The notes beneath the pieces were generated by a model, which saw only the letters and a program-made list of their open reading frames with translations, was not told the DNA's origin and ran no database searches. A DNA stretch of 64,000 nucleotides, taken from the NCBI RefSeq assembly GCF_001194135.2, contig NC_068998.1, forward strand, positions 25,245,424 through 25,309,423, given 5' to 3'. This DNA is from Octopus bimaculoides (taxonomy: Eukaryota). The translations under genes were made by a program, and so were the position numbers. This document shows positions 1 through 12,289 of the stretch, one piece after another; positions within the stretch are counted from its first letter, which is position 1, and each line of letters starts with the position of its first letter.

Positions 1-129
1 ATACTAGAAACAAAATCCAAGCTATAAAACATTGACCACGCTTGTAACCACATATCACTTTTATATTTTTAACTGGTCCCTTTCTGAGATCAGCAGAGTT
101 GATGTCAAAATACGAAATCTGATAGCAAT

Positions 130-956
130 GCATCATAAAACATAGAAGGACTAAGATATACATCCCGAGAAAGAAAGGCATCCTGGGTTCTCGACTCTCA
201 TTGAAAATATTAACCGTGAGACTTTCAACCGACGTACAACGAACAGAAATGCGACTAGATGAATCAGTAGTCGCAGAAAAAGCTGACCTCAACAGACAAA
301 TCAAAAGAAATAAAGAGCATAGCCAAAGAAACCACCCTCAAGTATATTAAAGAGGAATGGAATAAAGGGATATAGCATGGCAAATACCCGACTAGAAAAT
401 GGGATCTTAGTGGTTGTCATGCACTGGTTTCAAACCAGAAACAGAGATTTAAATCATTGCTGCTCAAGACCAGTTCCTTCCAGCTAGGAATTATTAGTAA
501 AGTCTTGAAATATGAAAGCAGCTGAACACGCCGCATATGCAAGAGTACCCTAATACAGCCTCCGACTTAGTCTCTTGACGCATCAGATTGGTTACCAACA
601 GAATGCTAGCAGTCTATACATACAGTGGTCAATATGCCGCACATACAACCTCCCTCATAAAAACAATTCGTCGGAACACAAGCTACCACAAGTTGCCCAG
701 AAAGCCGAGGTTGCCATCCTTTGGGATTTCATTTAGTCACCCCGACTGCCCCAGATTAAGCGAATTGCAAAGATCATACTTATGACCACCTCACATATTC
801 CACATAAACTCCTCTCCATGTTAAATGCTTCCTTACGCATCTGGGTTATTTTTCCTCCCACGATCATCAATGTTTTCAGTTGCATGGCGATTCACCTGTG
901 AACATATTCAGATGCAAAATCTTGTTGTCCCTTGACGTTCCTGATTTGGGTGCAAA

Positions 957-960
<4 letters not shown>
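130..960 (+). mobile_element. Decayed 3' part of an R4/Dong-type (RLE) non-LTR retrotransposon
   Basis: Broken frames give HGKYPTR, FKPETE..IIAAQDQFLPARNY (about 375-500) and a C-terminal ELQRSYL/ILMTTSHIPHKLLSM (about 760-820). These resemble the post-RT GLKxETEGxIxAAQDQ and ELQKxxLxGTAHILRK motifs of R4/Dong elements. Boundaries approximate. Confidence 0.7.
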
Positions 961-1021
<61 letters not shown>

Positions 1022-1069
1022 AATATTAATATTACAATTGTTATTATCATAATAATAATAACAATAATG

Positions 1070-1142
<73 letters not shown>
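960..1142. repeat. Compound trinucleotide microsatellite, (TAT)n followed by (AAT)n
   Basis: Read directly: about 60 bp of TAT repeat, an interrupted junction, then about 90 bp of AAT repeat. Confidence 0.95.
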
Positions 1143-1145
<3 letters not shown>

Positions 1146-1260
1146 CAGCAGATGACAACGTTTCTCTAAAAGAAATGGAAAAACTTTCAAAATACAAAGA
1201 CCTGGAAATAGAGATAACTCGAATGTGGAATCTAAAAACAGAAACAATTCCTATCATAGT
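1143..1260 (+). mobile_element. R4/Dong RLE-endonuclease fragment, 5'-truncated and running into a gap
   Basis: Translation IPADDNVSLKEMEKLSKYKDLEIEITRMWNLKTETIPII matches the RLE domain pattern (ExxKxxKYxDL). Confidence 0.85.
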
Positions 1261-2202
1261 NNNNNNNNNNNNNNNNNNNNNNNNNNNNNNNNNNNNNNNN
1301 NNNNNNNNNNNNNNNNNNNNNNNNNNNNNNNNNNNNNNNNNNNNNNNNNNNNNNNNNNNNNNNNNNNNNNNNNNNNNNNNNNNNNNNNNNNNNNNNNNNN
1401 NNNNNNNNNNNNNNNNNNNNNNNNNNNNNNNNNNNNNNNNNNNNNNNNNNNNNNNNNNNNNNNNNNNNNNNNNNNNNNNNNNNNNNNNNNNNNNNNNNNN
1501 NNNNNNNNNNNNNNNNNNNNNNNNNNNNNNNNNNNNNNNNNNNNNNNNNNNNNNNNNNNNNNNNNNNNNNNNNNNNNNNNNNNNNNNNNNNNNNNNNNNN
1601 NNNNNNNNNNNNNNNNNNNNNNNNNNNNNNNNNNNNNNNNNNNNNNNNNNNNNNNNNNNNNNNNNNNNNNNNNNNNNNNNNNNNNNNNNNNNNNNNNNNN
1701 NNNNNNNNNNNNNNNNNNNNNNNNNNNNNNNNNNNNNNNNNNNNNNNNNNNNNNNNNNNNNNNNNNNNNNNNNNNNNNNNNNNNNNNNNNNNNNNNNNNN
1801 NNNNNNNNNNNNNNNNNNNNNNNNNNNNNNNNNNNNNNNNNNNNNNNNNNNNNNNNNNNNNNNNNNNNNNNNNNNNNNNNNNNNNNNNNNNNNNNNNNNN
1901 NNNNNNNNNNNNNNNNNNNNNNNNNNNNNNNNNNNNNNNNNNNNNNNNNNNNNNNNNNNNNNNNNNNNNNNNNNNNNNNNNNNNNNNNNNNNNNNNNNNN
2001 NNNNNNNNNNNNNNNNNNNNNNNNNNNNNNNNNNNNNNNNNNNNNNNNNNNNNNNNNNNNNNNNNNNNNNNNNNNNNNNNNNNNNNNNNNNNNNNNNNNN
2101 NNNNNNNNNNNNNNNNNNNNNNNNNNNNNNNNNNNNNNNNNNNNNNNNNNNNNNNNNNNNNNNNNNNNNNNNNNNNNNNNNNNNNNNNNNNNNNNNNNNN
2201 NN

Positions 2203-2345
2203 TATATTTGCTCAGTTTTTGGTAGGTCTTGACAGATACGTTTATATCGATTGGGACAGTCATATCAATGAGGAGGCATGATTTTTGTCTGAAGTCTTTC
2301 AGTATGATGTCTGGCCTATTTGCGTCTATCTTTCTGTCAGTTTGA
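2203..2345 (-). mobile_element. R4/Dong RLE-endonuclease fragment in the opposite orientation
   Basis: Translation QTDRKIDANRPDIILKDFRQKSCLLIDMTVPIDINVSVKTYQKLSKY shows the RPD..D PD-(D/E)xK motif. It begins at an (AAT)n tract (2346-2402). Confidence 0.85.
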
Positions 2346-2402
<57 letters not shown>

Positions 2403-2859
2403 GCACCCAAAGGTGTTTGAAGGTCTCACCCAAAGATTGATAGACCAGGCCGGGCAATTCATATAAATGAAATTTAGGGAAAAACAAAAGATGAACAGGA
2501 AGAGCGTGAAACAATAATACCAAAAAGTGACAGTGAAGTGGGTAAGAGATGGAGAAAATGAAAAAAGAAGGAGGTCTCTATGTGACTGATGAAGTAAACG
2601 ATGAATATGATCTTGCTCTACAATACTGAAACGATAACGGGAAGCAGATTCTAGAAATGCTGCTAGGTAAATTACGGGGTATGAACAATGAAATCCTCGA
2701 AATGTAAAGTATATGAATAAATGAAAATAAGGAGAGCTACCCACATTATAAACAGCATTTTTAGCTTGGTTAAAACAGAACTCATTCGTGAAGCAAACCA
2801 GCTATTCATAGTTGCTGTTAATGTTGTATCTGACGTAACATGATACAAGCGGAATTTTG

Positions 2860-3430
2860 TTTAAGGAACGAAGGCGAATAAAAAGAAAAAAAAAACTAAA
2901 CTACAGGAAGAGAATAGAAATGAAGTTGGAAAAAACACGGAAAGAACTGGAGAACTTCATTAGGACAATAAGAGGAGAGCTCGGAATGAAATGGCAATCA
3001 GAAAATTGAATGGATACTAGCGCTTAGAAGAAGGGTGTAAATAAATTATACATGAAAAATCCTCACACCAAATAACAACGTTAAAGGCCAAATTTCAAAA
3101 GATATGTTAGATGCAAATGTTTGGGACTGGATAGCTTGTTTCAATCAAATAGAAGACATCGTTTTGATGAAATAGATGGTGACATCAGGAAGTTGGTTTT
3201 GATGCACAAACATTTTAAGGCCAGTGAAATATAAAGAAAGTGCAGAGTGGTTAACGCATGTGAGGAGAGAACTTGCAGCTATACCAAGACAAAAGGATGC
3301 CACAAGTAATATGCATTAAATGAGACTGATGCTAAAAATGTAGCAAATTGGAAACGATGTCGTTTGAATGGAGTACAAGGTTTCATTAGACGATAGACCA
3401 AAATCATATCCTTCAATAGGGGACATCTTC
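2860..3430 (+). mobile_element. Heavily decayed pre-RT region of an R4/Dong-like ORF
   Basis: GCAAATTGGAAAC...GAATGGAGTACAAGGTTTC resembles the NWKAPGxDGVQGFW motif. AAAGTGCAGAGTGGTTA resembles the upstream AEWL motif. Multiple frameshifts. Confidence 0.45.
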
Positions 3431-5068
3431 CACATGAATGACAATTAATCGATCACCAAATCATTTGAATGAACAGTTTATTCTATAAAGAAAGAAATTG
3501 GGATATGTATGTCAGAAGCAGTTAAATTGGACGATAGAATATATAATGTCTTTAATTCTAGAATTGGAAATCCACGCGAATTTTTAAAAAAAATAAGCAA
3601 AACACAGTATATCAATTGTTGTTAATCCCTTAAATATAAAGATAGTCATTCTTTCAATTATTCTGCGGCGTGTTGCGAACTCGTTATAGTTCCTTTGAAA
3701 AGGGTCTGTGATGGCTCAAGTCCTTGTGATAGTTGTATTTTCATAACATTTTCGTGCTACTTCTAGCCTTTCAGAGGTCATATCTGAAGGAAACCAACTT
3801 TGCCGTTCATCTTTCTACTGTCCATAAGTAAATCTACGATGTTAATGAATGTTTACGATGTTAACGAATCTAGTGACACTCGCATCACACATTTTGAAAG
3901 CCAATATATCTTGATACCAGTTTTATTATGTTTTCGTTTTAAATACGGATCAGAATGTGTACGGACTCAACTTTTATACTATTCACAACAGAAGAATGAC
4001 ATCAGTCAATATTATATCTAATATTCATAATGATATAACAATGTCGTAAAACAATAATTAACTGGATATCTGGAACACCCGTCGCAAAGTGACAGAAGAT
4101 TATAAGATGAAAATATTGCATTGATTCAAGCACATCACTGTCAATGGTAAGAAATTTAAAAGTTTGGGTAATGTAGATAAAGGAAACATGAGGTGTCTAA
4201 TGCATAATTAACTGAAACTTTTTTAAACACTTTTTGCGACGCCATTGTATTCGAAAGATATTTATGGAAATCGATATACAACGTAATAAATTACATCTGC
4301 TATGGCGTGGGAGACAGTTCAGTTGCTTCTGATAACTTTTCATATAATCGAATGTGAATCACCAGCTATATAATACTATTTTATTGTTATTTCTAAGAAC
4401 TGGTATTGCGTTGTTCGCTTCAACACTTGTTCTCTATAATCCCCAAACACAGGAGAGTGTACTTATCTCTTTATTCATTCCGAGTTGAAACATTACCCTT
4501 GTGAAATATATGTTTATACCTATGTACTCTGAGAAATAGCTAAAAGTTATACTAGTATCAAACGTGTCAAGGTAAACAGTTGCTGCTAAATTCATCGAAT
4601 TTAGCAGCAACGAATATATGTCGCACAGGTTTATATGTCGCACAGTTCTTCATTCAAACTTCTCTTAAAGCGAACGTCTCTTAAGGTGAACTCAATCTAT
4701 CTAGCAGGAAAATTGTATATTTCATTAAAATACCAGTGTCGTTAATCTCCAAAAGCTATCCAAAAATATATTTGTGTTCCACACCAATAGCTGAAATTAT
4801 TAGTAATAGCTGAATCAGCGCCTAGTTGTTTTTTTGTTGTTGCTCGTCATACCGTTATGGGTTATACATATATTTCTTTAACATACTTGATGAGCATGAT
4901 GATTGGTAATCGTCTGTTGAAAATAATGTTGTTATAGTATACAAGAAACTTAGTAGCAATAAACACATTCACCGGTTCCGTTTCAATACAGTTATAGTTA
5001 CAGTAACAGACGTATATATTACTCAGAAAACATTCAATGATTTCACATTCTCAATTGTTGTTTTGTGA

Positions 5069-5101
<33 letters not shown>

Positions 5102-5126
5102 TGTGTGTGTGTGTGTNNNNNNNNNN

Positions 5127-5174
<48 letters not shown>

Positions 5175-5879
5175 ATGGTCCTAAATACCGTATTTGTACT
5201 GTGAAATACATCAACATGTGGGTAGTCAAGTACCATGTCAGTGTTATCGGGTTGTATTTCTTTATTGTCAGGACACACTTCTATGTTGGCGTGCAACATT
5301 CTGATGTTACTGAGAATGCGTGTTTTTGTGCTTCTCTGTTGTTGTCATTGTATTTATTTTTATTTTATTTTCATTTGCTTGTTTTATTTTTTGTACAAGA
5401 TTTAAAATCATGTCTGAGTGTTTGTAGTTGGAAAATAGGTCTCGTTGATTTTTGCTGTATATTCTTGCTTTCGTTACAGCGGTGGTCTGTGTCCGTTTCT
5501 AAATGTTGTTATATCTATTAGTTTTATTGATGATAAGTGTGGCGTCGTTAGGTGCTTCTAATGTGCTTACAATACCGTTAAGCTCTAAAATCATATCTTT
5601 TAAAAGAGCACAAGAATTTCTATTTCAACACTGTTATCGTTCCAGTCAGATTTCTGTACAATACACTGTCAGTGCGGAGACATTTCCTTACATTTTTAAT
5701 ATGTACAGATCTTCTACTTCATTTCGGTTTCTTCATGTTAGCGGCTCTCGCGTTTTGATTTGTATTGCAGAAAAACAAGATACTAAGGAATGCATCCGAT
5801 TAAGGAAGACACTGTAAATTCTATCTCGCAAAGCATCAAAGCGTACATCGACTCTAAGGCTTAACACCACAGCGAAACA

Positions 5880-6790
5880 TTACATGCTCAAACATATCTT
5901 AGGCATCATCAAACATAATAAAACAAAAATATTCGCAGATGACTCCAAGCGCCAGAAAATTTTGAACAGAGAAGAAGACCGAACTGAACTCCCGTCTGAT
6001 CTATATGCTCTAAGCCAATGGACGGACAAAAAACATGCGGTTAAATGAGGGAAAATTCGAACTCATGCACTTCGTTAAAAGACTGCGCTAAATAACCATA
6101 TCCTCTTCTTTCAGGGGAACTACTCACAGCATCGAACAATATCACAATAACAGGGCCTGATAGTCGACAATTTCAGCTGGATTTGTTACATTAACAATGA
6201 AATAAATTTGACTTGCAGGATCATCAGAACTTTGCAGTCCAAAGAACAGGATAGCATCATTCACTTCCCTTCACCTCCTTACAGCTGCCCCCACCCACCG
6301 TGGTCTTTGCACAGCAAACAAAACATTATGAGAACTGGACAACTCCAGAAGGCATTCACTAAAACAAGAAAAATCATGATTCATCTTGGTAATTAGGGCA
6401 ACCTTAAAACATTGGATACTTACTCACTTCAGCGCCGCTGTGGCGCTACATAGTTTGCACAGTGAGGAGAATATACCACTGGCATTGCCTAAATGACCTT
6501 AACATCAGATTCAGAATTCATTCAAGGTTGGGTACACGTGCCATATGTCTCCTACACAATTCAGGCTCACAGCACATTCATTCACAACAAAACCATTTAT
6601 TTTCCACAACAGGCCTTGCTCCATTTACCTTATCCCAAAATAAATCAAATCAGAAATAGATCCTATAGTCTTTAAACGAAATTTGGAGAAATTTTGTCAA
6701 GGAACACCAGATAAGTCACATACACCTGGGTAAATCACCATCAACAATAATTCGCTAGTTGAATCGACTATGATATTACAAAGGTCTCTT
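5880..6790 (+). mobile_element. CR1-clade LINE relic (RT C-terminal half)
   Basis: KIFADDSK (5926-5949), SDLYALSQW, LNEGKFELMHF and YSLQRR-like segments in interrupted frames. Confidence 0.75.
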
Positions 6791-6829
6791 TAAAGTGGCT
6801 TAACACATCCTATCAAGTAGTGTTTTTAA

Positions 6830-8400
6830 GGTAGATTTGGCTTGGGCCCATCATTGGCTGAAACATATCTATGTTATCTAAATTATAAGTCAAACTTATG
6901 GGTAACACCAAACAACTACTCCGGAAGCATTTATATAAAACAACTTGTCGCTAAACGCTTAACACTACAGATCGTTGCATTATCAACAAATACAAGAATG
7001 AATATCTTGGTGACACAGCCAACAACGTTAACGTGAAATATATATCATAGTGCACTTTATCTGAACAGAGTGGATATGACATTCTTCAGATACAACTAAC
7101 GCAATCGAACACAATTTATAAAGGAAATAAGATGCTAAGGAAAAGTAACGGGGGAGCGGGCTCAACGCTGTTATCTGTGGAAAATGAAAGGAAACCATAC
7201 GAAGAACTCAAGAGGCATGACAACAAATACAAAGATATACAAGTCAGCTGAACTATAAATTTAGGAAAGCACTATAGGAAACGAAATTTAAATCAAAGCA
7301 GTTTGAAGAACAAGCAAATATATTAAGTTACCAGGGCCATCGCTCCAACTGCAAGCTTTGCCTAACGGAGGCATTCCATATTTTAAAATACAATTCTCCC
7401 ACCCTACTTAATCGATATAACGAAGCGTTTAGCAACTGCAATCACCGCTCTTTCCACACGTTTAAGTTCTATCACAAGCAAAATTGCACAAACGATCACA
7501 CAACATAATCACACGACCCCCAACAAACAACCTATTCAACCTGGCAAAAACATCCATCTTTTACCATCTTTTGAATAGGATTATTTCCTTTCGATCATAT
7601 CACCACATATATATATACCCCCAAATCTATTTCTTCTACTCCCTAATTCACAACAGCACCACCAACGCATGCAGACTATGTCGTTTCTCTCAATCCCTTT
7701 CCACCGTCTATAAATAGGTTTGGCTACATTATAGAATATGATACTACTAATTACCTTTCCCACCCATCTCTCCCTTTATCTCTGTCCTTGGTTTATCACT
7801 CATACCCCCACCACCTATATACTATATACGCCCATTCCTTCCTACTCACTAGACCTTTTAACCTCATCCCCCATTCCTCCTTCTCTCTATATGCTCATCC
7901 CCTCTATCCTGTAAGATCAACTGACCATTAAAATATACCGCTACCATCCTCAACCTCTATCTCTCCTCTATCCCCTTTCACATTCTGTCTTCATGACTTG
8001 ACCTAATTGCCGCTCATTTTTCACTTGACTTTGGCCATTCTTCAAGTAAACAAGCAAACATCCATCGCAGTATGGCATATATTCACCTCTGCTATCTATG
8101 CTGTACCAGCCTACACTCCAACATCTATTTCCGGATTATCCCCACAAGGATTAACTTACACGGATTTCTACACGGATATTTACTACTGGAATGAAATTAC
8201 ACTTCAAGTACTGTTCTCTCTTTTTTCAGCGCATCACACTCTTTACCTCTTCATACTAAAAATATCCGCCTATGGATATAATAATAGATTACTTTATTTT
8301 TTCTGTCTCCGATGAAGGAAAGTACTGGATCTTCCCAGAAACAGCTGTAAGACTCTATCCATAAAATACTTCTCCAACCTTACCATTGCTCTCTTTATCT
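6830..8400 (+). mobile_element. Penelope-like element relic: RT remnant, GIY-YIG C-terminus and a pyrimidine-rich pLTR-like tail
   Basis: LGPSLAETYLCYL (about 6840) resembles PLE GxxMGSPLGPxLAN. CKLCLTEAFHILKY / LLNRYNEAFSNCNHR (about 7350-7450) resembles the PLE C-terminal CxLCLxEK..LLNKRxE..CRH. It ends near a hammerhead-like motif. Confidence 0.65.
8305..8353 (+). ncRNA. Minimal type I hammerhead-like motif (decayed, PLE-associated)
   Basis: GTCT-CCGATGA-[AGGAAAG..CTTCCCA]-GAAA-CAGCTG-TA-AGAC. Stem I is 4 bp, the core has U4C, stem III is the palindrome CAGCTG and the triplet is GUA. Confidence 0.55.
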
Positions 8401-9068
8401 TTTTATTCTTATACATTTATATATACACGCGCTATTACACGACTTATAATCCCCAATCCTGTTCATACAACGACTGGGNNNNNNNNNNNNNNNNNNNNNN
8501 NNNNNNNNNNNNNNNNNNNNNNNNNNNNNNNNNNNNNNNNNNNNNNNNNNNNNNNNNNNNNNNNNNNNNNNNNNNNNNNNNNNNNNNNNNNNNNNNNNNN
8601 NNNNNNNNNNNNNNNNNNNNNNNNNNNNNNNNNNNNNNNNNNNNNNNNNNNNNNNNNNNNNNNNNNNNNNNNNNNNNNNNNNNNNNNNNNNNNNNNNNNN
8701 NNNNNNNNNNNNNNNNNNNNNNNNNNNNNNNNNNNNNNNNNNNNNNNNNNNNNNNNNNNNNNNNNNNNNNNNNNNNNNNNNNNNNNNNNNNNNNNNNNNN
8801 NNNNNNNNNNNNNNNNNNNNNNNNNNNNNNNNNNNNNNNNNNNNNNNNNNNNNNNNNNNNNNNNNNNNNNNNNNNNNNNNNNNNNNNNNNNNNNNNNNNN
8901 NNNNNNNNNNNNNNNNNNNNNNNNNNNNNNNNNNNNNNNNNNNNNNNNNNNNNNNNNNNNNNNNNNNNNNNNNNNNNNNNNNNNNNNNNNNNNNNNNNNN
9001 NNNNNNNNNNNNNNNNNNNNNNNNNNNNNNNNNNNNNNNNNNNNNNNNNNNNNNNNNNNNNNNNNNNN

Positions 9069-9108
<40 letters not shown>

Positions 9109-12100
9109 CCTCTCTCTATCTATCTATCTATATATCTCTCCCTCTCTCTCTCTATCTCTCTCTCTCTCTCTCTCCCTCTCTCTCTCTCTCACGCACATTT
9201 ATTATCCTTATTATCTTTATTATCCTCCTCCCTCTCACCTTTTGGCCTATATAATTTCCCTGTAGATTTAGTAAATTAGAATCTAGCCAGCGCATTACTA
9301 TAGCAGAGTGTTTATTTTTAGAAATAGCATGAGGTTTAACTTATGTAATTAGTAAAGTTGAACGGAAGAGAGTTTTCGGGCGCATAGATAAATATTAGCG
9401 GATAATTATCTTGGTACTGACGTTTCCTGGACAGCGACATTCGTTTATTCATTCAACTTCACTTATCGTGTATCTAAATCTCCATTGATTGCCGTTGTTT
9501 TTTTTTTATTCAGTTATGCTAAACTCATCTGAATATACCCAAATCACATCTGGATTAACCAAAGATGTTTAAAACAATCAGTTTTAGCATTCCTTGTTAA
9601 AATTTTAAGTAATTAATTAGTTTTGATCAAATTTCCTTTTCTTTATTGTTACATCCTAAAAATAAAGTCCGAGAGTTTTAGAGCTATGATTTATGAGGTT
9701 TTGCGACGTGCAATAAATATTCAACTTGAAAATTCGGGTAATTCTCTCTTGTCAATATATTATGTAGTGAATTTGAAAGAGAAATAAAGTGTCGTAAGTT
9801 GTGAAACAGTCTAATATAATAATACGGCAATAGAAGTGTCTGGTACAAAAGAATAATATGAATGCGCGTTTCGTCTAAAAAGGCTAAAATCAATATTGAA
9901 GTTCTTCAAGATGGTTTTCACTGCAATGCAACACTATGATGTTGCTATTTAGAAATCTGATAAATGAAATTATTTATGATAAGTAAAAAATATTCCAGTA
10001 TTTTTAGTTGATATTTCGTGCTTACCAAAATATTTTAGGAATACAATACGCACGCTTTTTTTTTTGCCCACAAAAAATAATGCCAAATTATTACCTTATC
10101 AAAATTTGTTTTCTTTTTTACCACAATTAAGGGAATTCTCTCTTATCAATATAATATTGAGAACCAAATCTAAATGCAACCATTTTGCAATGATTTCAGC
10201 TATTAAACCGTCTCTTTAGGACAGATAATTCCTATCTATATTTCTTAATAGAATAAGGTGAAGTGTATTATGAAATATATCTAGTAACATACACTATCAT
10301 TTTGCGCCCGAGACAAATATTTCTTTACATTTAATGAAGTGTCAATTTGTCAAATCCAATTACTCTTTCACTCAGATAATACTGTAAATAGTATTAACAA
10401 AAGTGTGTTTATTGTAAGTGAACGATTTGGACATCTTAGTTATAATAGCATTATGTATGATTAATCACGCTAAAAGTATTTGTATTGTTTTCTTTTTATT
10501 CTCAAAACAAATCGTTATATAATCGAAAAAGCGATCATTTGTTTTGCTCCACATGATCTTTGACAAAGCAGGGGGTATTCGCTTAGTTTTAAATGGTTTA
10601 ATGCTTAGTCATTTTTCATGAAGTGTCTGAAATATTTTTCTCTGTTTCAATAATTTAGTATCATAAATTTTGATTTTTATTCATTCCTCGTAACGGATAT
10701 GCATTATTTATGTATAATAGGTTTACTAGCGGTAAAACAAGGTTCCAACAGAAACCATTATATTTCCATTTGTCGCGATATCGCCATCGTTACTTTGCTT
10801 TAAAAAATATCTAAAAGCTAAAAGCACATTTTTTAGAAGATTAAGAAGACATTGAATATGATGCTATTCGTTTAATGGAGGGATCATTATTCAAATGGGA
10901 ATTATGTCAATTACAATTCATATCACAAGCACTAAAATATTTTACCTCCGGATGAATATTCTGTTAGAGAAGTTATTTGAATAATAAGCGGCATTGAAAA
11001 TTCACTGAATAAAGAGGATTTTTAGGTGTAACTACTATTTTTCGAACTAGCGTAGCATGAGACTTACTATCACTAATTCTTATGCTAAGTCTTTATCTCA
11101 AACTATCGAGTAAAGCATTTTTCATTCTTCAAAAGATTAAGTAAACATAACAATAAATTGTATATGGAATTTATTGACTAATGTTATTTAAAAACTTATA
11201 TAAGTGATGATCATTACCACCAGTGCTAAGGATTTTCATACAATCAAAAATTGTAGATGACATGTAAGTGCCTATTCGTTTTTAAATTAATCGCAGAAAT
11301 TAGAAGTTTACCAAAACACCACGGTTAATTTTACAAATTTACGTGAACTGGATACCAAAACGATATCTAGATGTAAGTAAAAAAAATAGAAACAGATAAA
11401 ACAGATTTCAAAATATTTTACGTGTAATAATACGAATAATGCATGCACATTTTCTATTGAAGACCTGATGCATTGTCATTTAGACATATTATTTTATTGA
11501 AATGTCTTTTTTTTTTTTTTCATTAAAGGTTTTACTTCGAGTGGAGTCATATTTCCAATTGATCGACCACAGGTGAAATTTTCTGCAAAACAGAAGCTGA
11601 ATAACATGGTACTCGGTACATGAAACTTCCTCCAAGCTGCTCGATGATACCCTGCTTCTGTAATTAAGATTAAACACTTTTGTACAGAGGGTACTGCTGT
11701 ATTCTGTCTCTGAAAGTGGGGATCGATGCCTTGTCTGGCGATGAAGCAGCTCTGTAGGTGTTTCAGCTCCTTGCTCCACGATATCAGAGCTGCTCGGTAC
11801 AGCTACAGATGCACGTGAGAAACCTCCCACACAGCAGCAGGAACTTTGTTGAGTCAGATGTCGAGACAATATGCCAGGTGTTTCCACCATCCTCAATTCT
11901 AATTCCTACTGTCTCTTCAGCCAGATGTAACAGACTGCTTCCTCATCGGCTTCCCACAAATGTTTGTCTCCGTAGTTAGGCTTCGACTCCTGAGCATCGA
12001 GAGAACACTAGTTCCAAGAAGTCTTCTAATGCTTCTCTTAATAAAAGGCATATGTATATGTATAGGTGTAAACATATGAAACATGAAATTTATACATATA

Positions 12101-12289
12101 TATACCTACCTACCTATCTACCTACCTACATACATACATACATACATACATGCATACATACATGCATACATAAAACATACATAAAACATACATAATACAT
12201 ACATATATCAAAGAAAAAATGAAAAAGCAAACCATTAGGCATCACTTAAATATTCTGATGATTATATAATCTGATATATTCTGAACTTT

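Noticed and set aside
2581-2645. CTGATGA-AGTA..TACT-GAAA hammerhead-like core
   Set aside because: There is no UH after stem III and no complement to the upstream TGTGA for stem I. The context is purine-rich, unlike the other motifs.
5340-5830. Possible third Penelope/GIY-YIG relic on the minus strand
   Set aside because: Too degraded to identify diagnostic motifs with confidence.
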